Position numbers and translations under genes: made by a program
Source: a virus
Lineage: Duplodnaviria; Caudoviricetes
Reading direction: 5' to 3' (one strand)
Length of the DNA stretch: 25,519 bases
IMG/VR virus record: IMGVR_UViG_3300044262_000078
Coordinates: 1-25,519 of that record
Shown here: in pieces, positions 1-7,851 of the stretch
Position numbering within the stretch: the first letter of the stretch is position 1
Layout of the letters: every line of letters begins with the position of its first letter
Notes under the pieces: generated by a model
What the model saw: the letters and a program-made list of their open reading frames with translations, nothing else
Told to the model about the DNA's origin: nothing
The model's database searches: none

Positions 1-61
1 CGCCCACGCGATAGTTCTGCCAAGACAGCTTGAAGCGCACTTTTTTCAGGGTTCCGGCCAT
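1..61 (-). CDS. 5' fragment of the next late-operon gene (runs off window), hypothetical
   Basis: ATG at 61 just after the stop of 64..1440, preceded by AAGGA; open frame MAGTLKKSALQAVLAELSRG to the edge. Confidence 0.55.
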   Translation of the reverse strand, partial: MAGTLKKVRFKLSWQNYRVG

Positions 62-63
62 GG

Positions 64-1440
64 TCAATCCTTTATCAGCGGGTTCGGGTGCAGCGTGTGG
101 TCGTAGCGCTTTTCGATTTCCTCCGCGCTCGGCAGCGGCCCGTCGCGCTCGGTGAACGACACGGCGTGCCGGCCGTCGCTGTCGCGCGCGATTTTCACGT
201 CCACCGTGTCGTAGCCATACAGGCGCTCCCGCGGCGGCTCACAGCCATCCATCAGGCTCGATTTCTGCGGGATGGAAATCTGTATCCCGCGCGCGGCGGC
301 GATCCCGAGCCAGAACTCCACACACGCCCGGCCCTTTTCTGCGTGGTGCGAATGTTCGTAGGTAAAATCCATCCCGAACAGCGTGATTTTCTTCACCCGC
401 AAGTACACCGCAAACGCCACGGCATGCGCGGCGGTGCTGTTCATGTAGGCGTAGCCGGTATCGCGCACCACCTCCTCGAGGGGGTAGGCAACGAGGCCCG
501 GGTAATCCGGATGCGGCCGGCTGGTGTACACCGGCCCGGGGTGCCTACGGAGCCAGGGCAGCATGGCCGCGATGTTGCCCTGCGGGCTCGCCTGTGCGCG
601 GATCTCCTGAATGCGCACGTCGTCCATGTGAAACACGCGATCGCACTCGAACACGTTGCCGATCGCGTTGATGCCCCACACCTCGTCGCAGAATTTATCT
701 CTGCCACCGAGGCGCTTGGTGAATTCGAGATAACTGCCCACCGACGGCCCGAGCGCCAGAATGGCGACATGCTCCGGCGCCACGGACGGAATCGATCGCT
801 CGCGGCCGCCGCCCAGGTCGACCGCCGCCGGCTCGCGGACTTCCGGCTTTCCGGCGCGGCGCTGGCACACGGCGATCAACGTGCGTCCGTTGATGTTCTC
901 CTCCACGCCGGATTCCTTGCCGGTCTGGCCGTGCCACTCGACCACCTCCCACCCACAGGCCTCGAGCAGCGTCTGGAATTCGCCCGAGGTGTAGTGCCGG
1001 TAGTGATAGGCGTGATTCTGGTACGGAAACACCTCCTCGTTCGGCACGCTGGCCAGCAACATCGGCGCCGCATGGCGCAGGGCGCGCAGCAGCGGCGCCG
1101 GATCCCACAGGTGTTCGATAATCTCAAAGCACACGGCGGCATCGAAGGTCATGCCATCATCCGGCTGCCATGTTTCGGCATCGCGCACGAGGAACGCGAT
1201 GTGGTCGTGCTCGCGGTTCAGGTAATGCGCCTTGGCATACCCGATCGCCTCTTCGCTGACATCGAACGCCGTCACAAAACACCCGGCATCCGCGAGGATT
1301 CTCGATCCGTAACCGATGCCGCACCCGGCATCGATAACCTTCTTTCCGGCCAGCCTTTCGGCCGCGAACTTGTATCGCGCAACATGGTCGGCACGGATGC
1401 CGTCCACGGTCGGCGCGACCTGCCTTTCACCTTCTCGCAT
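64..1440 (-). CDS. Class I SAM-dependent methyltransferase fused to a C-terminal DUF115/Maf/sialyltransferase-like (GT-A-like) domain
   Basis: VIDAGCGIGYG motif I, FDAAVCFEIIEHL, H-x-x-RY N-terminal motif; C-terminal half has VAILALGPS, WGIN, NST and ITLFGMDF motifs; GAGGGA RBS. Confidence 0.8.
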   Translation of the reverse strand: MREGERQVAPTVDGIRADHVARYKFAAERLAGKKVIDAGCGIGYGSRILADAGCFVTAFDVSEEAIGYAKAHYLNREHDHIAFLVRDAETWQPDDGMTFDAAVCFEIIEHLWDPAPLLRALRHAAPMLLASVPNEEVFPYQNHAYHYRHYTSGEFQTLLEACGWEVVEWHGQTGKESGVEENINGRTLIAVCQRRAGKPEVREPAAVDLGGGRERSIPSVAPEHVAILALGPSVGSYLEFTKRLGGRDKFCDEVWGINAIGNVFECDRVFHMDDVRIQEIRAQASPQGNIAAMLPWLRRHPGPVYTSRPHPDYPGLVAYPLEEVVRDTGYAYMNSTAAHAVAFAVYLRVKKITLFGMDFTYEHSHHAEKGRACVEFWLGIAAARGIQISIPQKSSLMDGCEPPRERLYGYDTVDVKIARDSDGRHAVSFTERDGPLPSAEEIEKRYDHTLHPNPLIKD

Positions 1441-1464
1441 GGATTCCCTCGATCCCCCTGGTTT

Positions 1465-1530
1465 AAAAAACCCGCACAGCGGGCCGGGCAGGGACCCGGC
1501 TTTCGGGGGCGACCCTAGCTGTGCGGGGTT
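1465..1530 (-). terminator. Branched stem-loop ending in a U6 tract; terminator/attenuator or structured RNA upstream of the methyltransferase
   Basis: 10-bp outer stem 1471-1480/1518-1527, inner hairpin 1483-1488/1495-1500, A6 at 1465-1470 (U6 on minus strand). Confidence 0.55.
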
Positions 1531-1550
1531 CGGTTTCCGGAGAAACCGCG

Positions 1551-1991
1551 TTACGGGTTGGAGACCGGCGCGGCTTCCGGGTTGAACAGAATGGCGCTGG
1601 CCGCAATGATGCCGACCGAGGTCGTGCCGGTGCCGTTCATGTTGAGCCGCACGTAGCGCTTGTTGCCCTTGTAGCCGAGGCGCTTGGTGACGAGCTTGCC
1701 GCTGCCCGAGGTGCGATCGGTGGAGGCGGCCAGGCCCGCCAGCGCTTCGGTGCCGATCAGATCGGCATCGGCCACCGAGGCCAGCGCGCCGGTGGTGTCG
1801 GCCGCATACAGCACCGGGGTCACCACCGTGCCGGTGGTGGTGATGGCGCCGTATTCGAGCAGAAACTCGACGCCGGCGTACCCCTTGCGGTCGATGACGC
1901 GGCCGGTGTTGACCCCGGTAGCGCCGAGCGCCACCGGGGCGACGGCCAGAACCTGTTTGATGTTGTTGTGCAGATCGAGACTGATTTCCAT
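1551..1991 (-). CDS. Probable head decoration / capsid-associated protein (146 aa)
   Basis: Directly after major capsid; GAGGA RBS before ATG 1991; beta-rich Gly/Thr/Ala sequence with GYKGNKRYVRL motif typical of genes in this position. Confidence 0.6.
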   Translation of the reverse strand: MEISLDLHNNIKQVLAVAPVALGATGVNTGRVIDRKGYAGVEFLLEYGAITTTGTVVTPVLYAADTTGALASVADADLIGTEALAGLAASTDRTSGSGKLVTKRLGYKGNKRYVRLNMNGTGTTSVGIIAASAILFNPEAAPVSNP

Positions 1992-2020
1992 TGTTTCGTC
2001 CTCGTTCAAACCTGATGTTT

Positions 2021-2060
2021 GAAAATTGATCGCCAGACCGATATCGGCCTGGCGATCAAT
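2021..2060 (-). terminator. Long palindrome / probable terminator or mRNA-stabilising hairpin after the capsid gene
   Basis: 36-nt palindrome 2025-2060 with one mismatch (G-U pair on minus strand), followed by a short U run. Confidence 0.6.
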
Positions 2061-2070
2061 GGTGGATGGC

Positions 2071-4053
2071 TTACGCGCCGTACAGCGCGGCGACCGGGCC
2101 CTTGGCGGTGGTGCTGCCGAGGTCGTGGTTCACGATGTGGAAGCGCTCGTGCCCCAGGATGCCGACCTGCAGCTTCTCGGCGTAGCGCTCGCGCAGCACC
2201 TCGACCACGATGCCGCGGCGGTCGCCGAAGCTCGAGGACATCGAGAAATCGCCGTACAGGGCCATCACCTTGGACGACAGCGTGGTGGTGACCTTCGGCA
2301 TGATCTCCGAGGTGTTGGCGTCGTAGCCGAGATACCCGTCGCGCTGGCGCGCGGACAGCTCCGCGCCGGTGGCGCCGCCCGCGGTCGCCTTGAGGCGACC
2401 GAAGACGGTGTGCGTAAACAGCTTGGACGCCACCCACTGCGGGTTGAGGCCGGCGAAATCCGCCACGCCGCCCATCACCGAGGTGAGATCGGCGTTGTCG
2501 ATCTCGGCGAACGTGTCGTGGTTGGTCGCCGCAGTGATACGCGAGGCATAGGCGGTGGCCTCCATCAGCGTGATGAGGCCAACCATGCCGCCATAGGTAG
2601 AGGTGCCATCACCGATGAGCCAGCACTGGTCTTCCTTGGTGGCGAAGGCATAGGCCTGCTCGAACGTGAGGTCGTCCACCGTGTCGATGATGGAATCCTC
2701 CTCCAGGTTCTTGCTGATCAGGCTGAGCGCGGCCAGCGTCTTGGCCACGAGGTTCACGTTGCCCCAGCTCTTGTCGCTGGCGGTGACGCCCTCGTTGTCC
2801 TCGTTGATGAAATAGCCGGTGACGCCACCGGTGCGTTTCGGCACCGAGCGGGTGTCGCTGCCCATCGGACGGCGGCGCGTCAGCCGGCGGGCCAGGCCGT
2901 AGGCCTCACGCAGGTCGATGATGGACTGCTCCATTTCGGTCGGCACCAGGTAGCCGCCGGCCGAATCGGTGCTGCCGAGCATGACGCGCTCGACCGCAAT
3001 GCCGCGCTCAGCACACCACTTGCGGGCGCGCTCGTTACCGCCGACGGTGGCCAGCAGCCACTGGCCCGAGCGGTAGGCGGCCTCTTCCGGCTCCATCTTG
3101 CTGCCGTCGGTGAACATGATCGGCCTGGTGAAGGAGCGCAGCTGCCGGCCGCGCAGAATCATCTGGCGGGCGCCGACGCCATACGGGGTCGGCGACTCGG
3201 CCGGCTGGGCGGTGGCCGTCGGCCTCTGCGCGCCGCGCATCTTCTCCAGCATGCGGGCGTTGAACTGCTCCACGGTGCCGTTCGGGTCGCCGATCAGTTC
3301 GCGGGCGAGCTCCGGGCCGCCGTTGCTGGCGAAGGTATCGCCCGCCGCGAGCAGCGCGGTGACGCGTGCCTGGTTGCGCGCCTGCGCCTCGGCGGCGGCT
3401 TTCTGCTCCAGCGCCTTCTTTTCCTCTTCGGTCATTGTCTTTGCCTCGATCTTGGGTTGGGTAATCGTTACCGGGGCGGCATCGTCCGGTTCGTCGTCGC
3501 GCCCGACGCCCACGGTGGGGTCGGCCGGTACGGCGACAAGCGAGCCCTCGTAGGGCTCCCAGTCGGTGACGCGATAGGTGTTCTGTTCTTCGTCCTTCCT
3601 TTCCAGCACCATGTCGTGAATCACGTAGCCCACGGACGTGTTGCGGCGGATTCCGTCGAGCACGTCCTGCCATACTTCCTCGGCCCGCGCGCTCTTTCCG
3701 AAACGCGCCAGTATCCGAAGTTTCCGATCGGACGAAATCTCGAATTCCTCCACCACGCCGACCTGATCGGCAGCGTCGTGCCCTACGAGCAGCGGGGCAC
3801 CCGAACGCAGCCGCTGATCGCGGATCGATCGTTTGCCCAGATCCAGAACCTCAATACCCCACCAGCGCTGATACGGCTCCTCGCTGGCGATGCTCAGCCA
3901 GGCGGTGCGCTTTTCGGTGTCCATGCCGTCGCGCTCGACGGTGAACAACCGCTCGACCTTCTGCCCGCGAACGGCGCGAATCTGCTCATCCACGCTCAGG
4001 GCGCGAAAGGAAGCCGGGTCAATCGGTTTCGGTTTCGTCTTCGTTTTCGCCAT
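2071..4053 (-). CDS. HK97-type prohead protease fused to major capsid protein (660 aa)
   Basis: Start moved to ATG 4053 (GGAGA RBS); protease motifs SIASE, PLLVGHD, SVGY, EGSLVAVPADP; capsid motif AGGYLVPTE and HK97-fold C-terminus (LYGDFS). Confidence 0.9.
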   Translation of the reverse strand: MAKTKTKPKPIDPASFRALSVDEQIRAVRGQKVERLFTVERDGMDTEKRTAWLSIASEEPYQRWWGIEVLDLGKRSIRDQRLRSGAPLLVGHDAADQVGVVEEFEISSDRKLRILARFGKSARAEEVWQDVLDGIRRNTSVGYVIHDMVLERKDEEQNTYRVTDWEPYEGSLVAVPADPTVGVGRDDEPDDAAPVTITQPKIEAKTMTEEEKKALEQKAAAEAQARNQARVTALLAAGDTFASNGGPELARELIGDPNGTVEQFNARMLEKMRGAQRPTATAQPAESPTPYGVGARQMILRGRQLRSFTRPIMFTDGSKMEPEEAAYRSGQWLLATVGGNERARKWCAERGIAVERVMLGSTDSAGGYLVPTEMEQSIIDLREAYGLARRLTRRRPMGSDTRSVPKRTGGVTGYFINEDNEGVTASDKSWGNVNLVAKTLAALSLISKNLEEDSIIDTVDDLTFEQAYAFATKEDQCWLIGDGTSTYGGMVGLITLMEATAYASRITAATNHDTFAEIDNADLTSVMGGVADFAGLNPQWVASKLFTHTVFGRLKATAGGATGAELSARQRDGYLGYDANTSEIMPKVTTTLSSKVMALYGDFSMSSSFGDRRGIVVEVLRERYAEKLQVGILGHERFHIVNHDLGSTTAKGPVAALYGA

Positions 4054-5518
4054 CGTCGTCTCCGCTGGCCGGTGTGGCCGGTTTCGGGGTGGTGGCCGCG
4101 GCCGGGGTGGCCGCCGGCGTGAGTTTCTTCTCGCGCAGCAGCGCCTCTTCCTGCGACAACTCCTCCAAAACATCTTCGAAATCGCCGCCGGATTCGGCCA
4201 CCACCCGCGTGCGGCTCTTGAGCCGCGCATTGATCGCGTCGATGTTGGCCGTGACTTCCTTCACCGGATCAATCGCCGCCCAGCGGCGGCCCTGGAACCG
4301 GATATCCTGATACCGCTCGCGCCGCTCGTAGTCGAACGGCAGCCGGCCCGTGAGGATCTGCATGTTCAGCCATTCCTCGTACACCGGCTGCATCAGGTGC
4401 TCGATCACGAAATTCTGCAGCGCCATCCATGCGTCGCGTTCGTCGAACTCGCCGATGCGCGCGCTTGAGTAGTTGACGCCCTCGAGATCGTTGGCGAGGT
4501 TGTGATAGGCCACACCCAGGCCGGCGGCCGTGCCGCGCAGGCATGACTTGAGAAACGGGCCCACCGCCGCATCCGGGTATTTCGGGTTCCATCCGGCGAT
4601 CTCATAACCCGGCGGCAGCATCGGGAAGGTGCCCGGCTCTGCCTCGATCTGCGGATCACTCTGCACACCTTCGCTGGCGCCGGTGAGCTGATCGCCGCCA
4701 TCCGGCGACTGGATCACGCCCATCTGCGAAGCGCCCACGCGCGCGGCGATGACCGCCGCCTCCTCGAACGCCCCCAGGTGCACCAACTCCATCATGGCCG
4801 CATACACCCACGGCACGCCGCGACCCTGTTCGGCGTGTTCCGGGAGGAACAGGTGGATAATGTCCCCCGCCGGAATGCGCTCACTCTCGCGGGTGTAACC
4901 GCGCTCCCACTCGGCCGGTTTGCGCTTCAGGATGTGGTAGGCCATCGGCCGGGACACGGCGTCGTACTCAACGCCCATGTGGATGGCCCCGCCATTGGAC
5001 AGTCGCTCGTTCTTGAGGTCGTCCAGCCGATCACTGTCCAGAACCTGCAACTGAAAGGCGTGCGGGCCGTATTCCGGGCCGCGGTACTTGCGGATGATGG
5101 CCTCGCCATCGACTTCCAGTATCCGCACGATCAGGCGCAACAGCGCGTTGAGGCTCCACTGGCCGGTGATATCGGCCCCGCCCTTTTTCGCCCACGACTT
5201 CCAACCGGATTCGATGCGGGCGTTGGCCATGTCGTCGAGGCGCCCGCGGGCGGTTTTGACCTTGGCCTGCAGGATGAACGGATGCGCGCCGCAGATACCG
5301 CTCACCACCATCTGCGCGAAGCGCTTGCCATAGGCGTTGTTCATCGCCAGCTGGCGCGAGCGCGCGCGAAGCATGCGCAGCTGGTAGCGCAGCGTTCGGT
5401 TGATGAACTCGCTCTCGGTGGCCAGACTCGCGGCCAGCCGCGAGGTATCGGCGGCGGCGAAACCGGTGGCGCGGGCGGCGCGCGCCGGCTTCTTTTCAAG
5501 GCGAGCGAGGATGCCCAT
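4019..5518 (-). CDS. Phage portal protein, lambda family (499 aa)
   Basis: ATG 5518 coupled (TGATG) to upstream stop; LRARSRQL..NN.Y, QGRGVPW, DLEGVNYSSAR, IDPVKE motifs. Confidence 0.92.
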   Translation of the reverse strand: MGILARLEKKPARAARATGFAAADTSRLAASLATESEFINRTLRYQLRMLRARSRQLAMNNAYGKRFAQMVVSGICGAHPFILQAKVKTARGRLDDMANARIESGWKSWAKKGGADITGQWSLNALLRLIVRILEVDGEAIIRKYRGPEYGPHAFQLQVLDSDRLDDLKNERLSNGGAIHMGVEYDAVSRPMAYHILKRKPAEWERGYTRESERIPAGDIIHLFLPEHAEQGRGVPWVYAAMMELVHLGAFEEAAVIAARVGASQMGVIQSPDGGDQLTGASEGVQSDPQIEAEPGTFPMLPPGYEIAGWNPKYPDAAVGPFLKSCLRGTAAGLGVAYHNLANDLEGVNYSSARIGEFDERDAWMALQNFVIEHLMQPVYEEWLNMQILTGRLPFDYERRERYQDIRFQGRRWAAIDPVKEVTANIDAINARLKSRTRVVAESGGDFEDVLEELSQEEALLREKKLTPAATPAAATTPKPATPASGDDDGENEDETETD

Positions 5519-5709
5519 CAGCGCCGAACCCCAAGCAGGAAGATTGCAGACCCCACCACCACCCAGGCCAACGGCGGGTAAACCTCCCACAGCCCCGCGA
5601 ACACCATGCCAAGACCGCCGAACACGAACACATCACGCGCATCGACCGCGCCCGCCACTAAACCGACGGAACGCTTGAGCACGCCCCGCAGGCGCTCGCG
5701 CAGGGCCAT
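5518..5709 (-). CDS. Small two-TM membrane protein preceding portal
   Basis: 63 aa, two hydrophobic stretches, tightly packed between neighbours. Confidence 0.7.
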   Translation of the reverse strand: MALRERLRGVLKRSVGLVAGAVDARDVFVFGGLGMVFAGLWEVYPPLAWVVVGSAIFLLGVRR

Positions 5710-5710
5710 G

Positions 5711-6280
5711 TCAGAACCGCATCAACAGTCGTGGAATGCCCTTGCCGGCGGCGGCGCGTTCCTCGGCGCGGACTTCGGCGCGGTAGGTATTGCGCAGCGT
5801 TAACAGTTCATCAATCGGCATGCGCTTGAGGCTCCGGCCCTGAATGCTGTATTCCTGTTGGTCGACAGTGGCCCGGTTTTCCAGAACCGCCTCGATGGCA
5901 TCCAACACCTTGCGGGCGTGACTGCGCGGGTCAGCGGTCGACGAATCGTTGTTGGCCACCACCTCCACCGTGCCGGTGCCGATGGCAACCCGCTCGGAAT
6001 CGGCCGTGCGGACGATGTATGCCTGCCACACATAGAAGCCGGCGGTATAGGCCGCGGTGGTGGCACTGGCTACTTCCACCAGGTAATCGCTGCCTGATTC
6101 GCCGGCCGTGATCTCGACCTCGGTACCGGTGTCGTGACGCCGCAGCGAATACTTGAGCGAATAGCTGGCCGGCGGGTAATCGACGCCGAGATCCGTGCGC
6201 TTCCATGTCCAGCGGTCCCCGGCCACCAACCGCACCGGCTCGCGGCTGGGGTAGTTGGCGCTGTCGAACGCGTTGGGCAT
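5711..6280 (-). CDS. Head completion / head-tail joining protein (gpW-like C-terminus with Ig-like N-terminal extension)
   Basis: C-terminal EYSIQGRSLKRMPIDELLTLR resembles lambda gpW; position just before portal. Confidence 0.65.
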   Translation of the reverse strand: MPNAFDSANYPSREPVRLVAGDRWTWKRTDLGVDYPPASYSLKYSLRRHDTGTEVEITAGESGSDYLVEVASATTAAYTAGFYVWQAYIVRTADSERVAIGTGTVEVVANNDSSTADPRSHARKVLDAIEAVLENRATVDQQEYSIQGRSLKRMPIDELLTLRNTYRAEVRAEERAAAGKGIPRLLMRF

Positions 6281-6286
6281 GGCGTT

Positions 6287-6829
6287 TTAGAGTTTCCCGA
6301 TGTAGTACTTGAGTTGGGCGGCGAACTCCACCCGCCAGCGGGTGAGCACGGCCGCCTCGAGCTTGCCGGTAAGTGCCTTGCGGCCGAACTCGCGCGGGAT
6401 GCTGGGGCCGTGCACCGGCGCGATCGGCAGCCGGCCGGCGCGCTTGTCGCCGACCTTGGCGCGCTTGAACACCGTGCGGCCCTTGTTGGCGATGAAGGTG
6501 CCGGCATACAGCCGCCGCCGGCCCCAGGCCGAGGCGGTGACACCGCGCTTGGTTTGCCGGGCGCCGAAGCGAATCAGGTTGAGCGCGCGGCCGATGGCCG
6601 CGATCTTGGTTTGCAGGTTGGCCCAGGTGGCGCGGGTGCGGCTCAGCGCCTCGCGCACGTCTTTCTGCTTGAGGCCCGTCACCTCGGCCAGCTCTTTCAC
6701 CGCCAGTGAGTTGGCGTGGGTGCCGACGCGGTTGAGCGCCGCCGCCGCCGCCTTCGGGATCGCCGGGCGCAGGTGGTAGCGCAGCCGGGCGCGGGCGGCC
6801 TCGATGTCGGCGCGGACGTCGATTTTCAC
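6287..6829 (-). CDS. Minor tail / tail completion protein, lambda gpZ-like (180 aa)
   Basis: GTG 6829 with GGAGG/GGAG RBS; basic protein with AALNR, FIA, VFKR and RLPI..VHGPSIP motifs. Confidence 0.75.
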   Translation of the reverse strand: MKIDVRADIEAARARLRYHLRPAIPKAAAAALNRVGTHANSLAVKELAEVTGLKQKDVREALSRTRATWANLQTKIAAIGRALNLIRFGARQTKRGVTASAWGRRRLYAGTFIANKGRTVFKRAKVGDKRAGRLPIAPVHGPSIPREFGRKALTGKLEAAVLTRWRVEFAAQLKYYIGKL

Positions 6830-6848
6830 GGCTCCGGCCTCCAAGGGG

Positions 6849-6919
6849 TAGCGGGTGCCGGAGTCGAACCGGCGCCTCCGGGGTATGGGCCCGGCGCGCT
6901 GCCTCTGCGCCAACCCGCA
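6849..6919 (-). tRNA. tRNA-Met(CAT), initiator-like; CCA not encoded
   Basis: Cloverleaf: acceptor TGCGGGT/ACCCGCT+A, D stem GCGC/GCGC, anticodon stem CCGGG/CCCGG with loop CC-CAT-AC, T arm GCCGG-TTCGACT-CCGGC; 1:72 mismatch and three G-C pairs. Confidence 0.85.
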
Positions 6920-6924
6920 CAACG

Positions 6925-6951
6925 AAAAAACCCGGCGCGAGGGCCGGGTTT
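6925..6951 (-). terminator. Intrinsic terminator (tR'-like) between Q-like gene and head genes
   Basis: CCCGGC-loop-GCCGGG stem followed by T6 on minus strand. Confidence 0.75.
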
Positions 6952-6982
6952 CGGTAAGGTGAGTGTTCCGCAGTGTGGCGCT

Positions 6983-7011
6983 ATTTGGGCATATTTTGTG
7001 ACACGGGTCAA
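6983..7011 (-). promoter_or_regulatory. Possible late (pR'-like) promoter
   Basis: TTGACC-17 nt-CCAAAT immediately after the Q-like gene and upstream of a terminator; -10 is a weak match. Confidence 0.35.
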
Positions 7012-7667
7012 GGGATGGAGACGACCTCGAGCATGATTTTTTGCGCCGGCTTCCACGGAAACGGAATCGTCCAGCACTCCCGCCGGTCGTCGAGGCATTT
7101 CTCGATCCACTCCAGGGCGCGCTGCAGGCGCTTGCGGTAGTTTTCGGCGCTGATGCCCATGCGCAGCGCTTTGGCCTCCTGCGTGCCGGGGCGGCTGTCG
7201 CAGTATTCGGCGTAGATCACCAGATAGTAGCCGAGCAGCGCATGCCCGTTGCGGCGCTTGAGCTCGCTCACCAGCCGATCGATGCGCTCGCTCACCGGAT
7301 CGCTCGGCTCGCGGTAGGTGGAGCCGATATAGGCCGGGTTGACCTTGACCGTGCTCTTCCACCGGTAGCCCTGCCCGCGGCAGTGCAGGCAGGTTTTTCC
7401 GGCCACCTCGCCGTGCCCGCCACAGGGCTTGCAGCGCAGCCGCTGCAGCCGCTCCGGCTCCGGCTTGAGCTTGACCCGGCCGGTGTCGGAGCAAGTGGGG
7501 CACGCCGGGAACCCCGACGGCTTCCGCCGCCCACCGCCGCAGGTGGGGCAGATCGTGCCCGGCATGCCGTCCATGATGCGCTGCAACATCGTTTTGCCGT
7601 AGCCGCCGTGGCGAAAGTGGCGGTAGCGGGCCCAGCGTTCCATCAGGTCGCGGATGGAGTCGGTCAT
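7008..7667 (-). CDS. Q-like late antiterminator / transcription regulator with DnaJ-type CxxCxGxG zinc fingers
   Basis: Four CxxCxxxG repeats, N-terminal LMERWARY, C-terminal sigma-region-4-like HTH (TQEAKALRMGISAENYRKRLQRA); followed by promoter-terminator; AGGAGG RBS. Confidence 0.7.
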   Translation of the reverse strand: MTDSIRDLMERWARYRHFRHGGYGKTMLQRIMDGMPGTICPTCGGGRRKPSGFPACPTCSDTGRVKLKPEPERLQRLRCKPCGGHGEVAGKTCLHCRGQGYRWKSTVKVNPAYIGSTYREPSDPVSERIDRLVSELKRRNGHALLGYYLVIYAEYCDSRPGTQEAKALRMGISAENYRKRLQRALEWIEKCLDDRRECWTIPFPWKPAQKIMLEVVSIP

Positions 7668-7843
7668 GATTTTTTTTCCTCCTGATCATCAACGACGATA
7701 CCGATACGCATCACAGCTGCCCCAAGGCGAATAAGTTTCAGTCCGATCCACACTCGAACACGGAATTGTCTGCTGAAAGACACCACGACGTGCATCGTTG
7801 TAGAAGACTCAAAACTATCAATCGTGACTTTGTTGCTGGCCAT
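7664..7843 (-). CDS. Small hypothetical protein (59 aa), absent from ORF track
   Basis: AGGAGG RBS, ATG 7843, MASNKVTIDSFESS...DDQEEKKS, ATGA overlap with next gene. Confidence 0.7.
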   Translation of the reverse strand: MASNKVTIDSFESSTTMHVVVSFSRQFRVRVWIGLKLIRLGAAVMRIGIVVDDQEEKKS

Positions 7844-7851
7844 CGTTCCTC

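Noticed and set aside
1465-1530. Hammerhead ribozyme or known SAM riboswitch
   Set aside because: No CUGANGA core and no SAM-class consensus that I could recognise
4054-4230. Upstream extension of the protease-capsid ORF
   Set aside because: Overlaps the portal gene; RBS supports ATG 4053
6830-6922. N-terminal extension of gpZ-like ORF
   Set aside because: This sequence is the tRNA gene; GTG 6829 has the RBS
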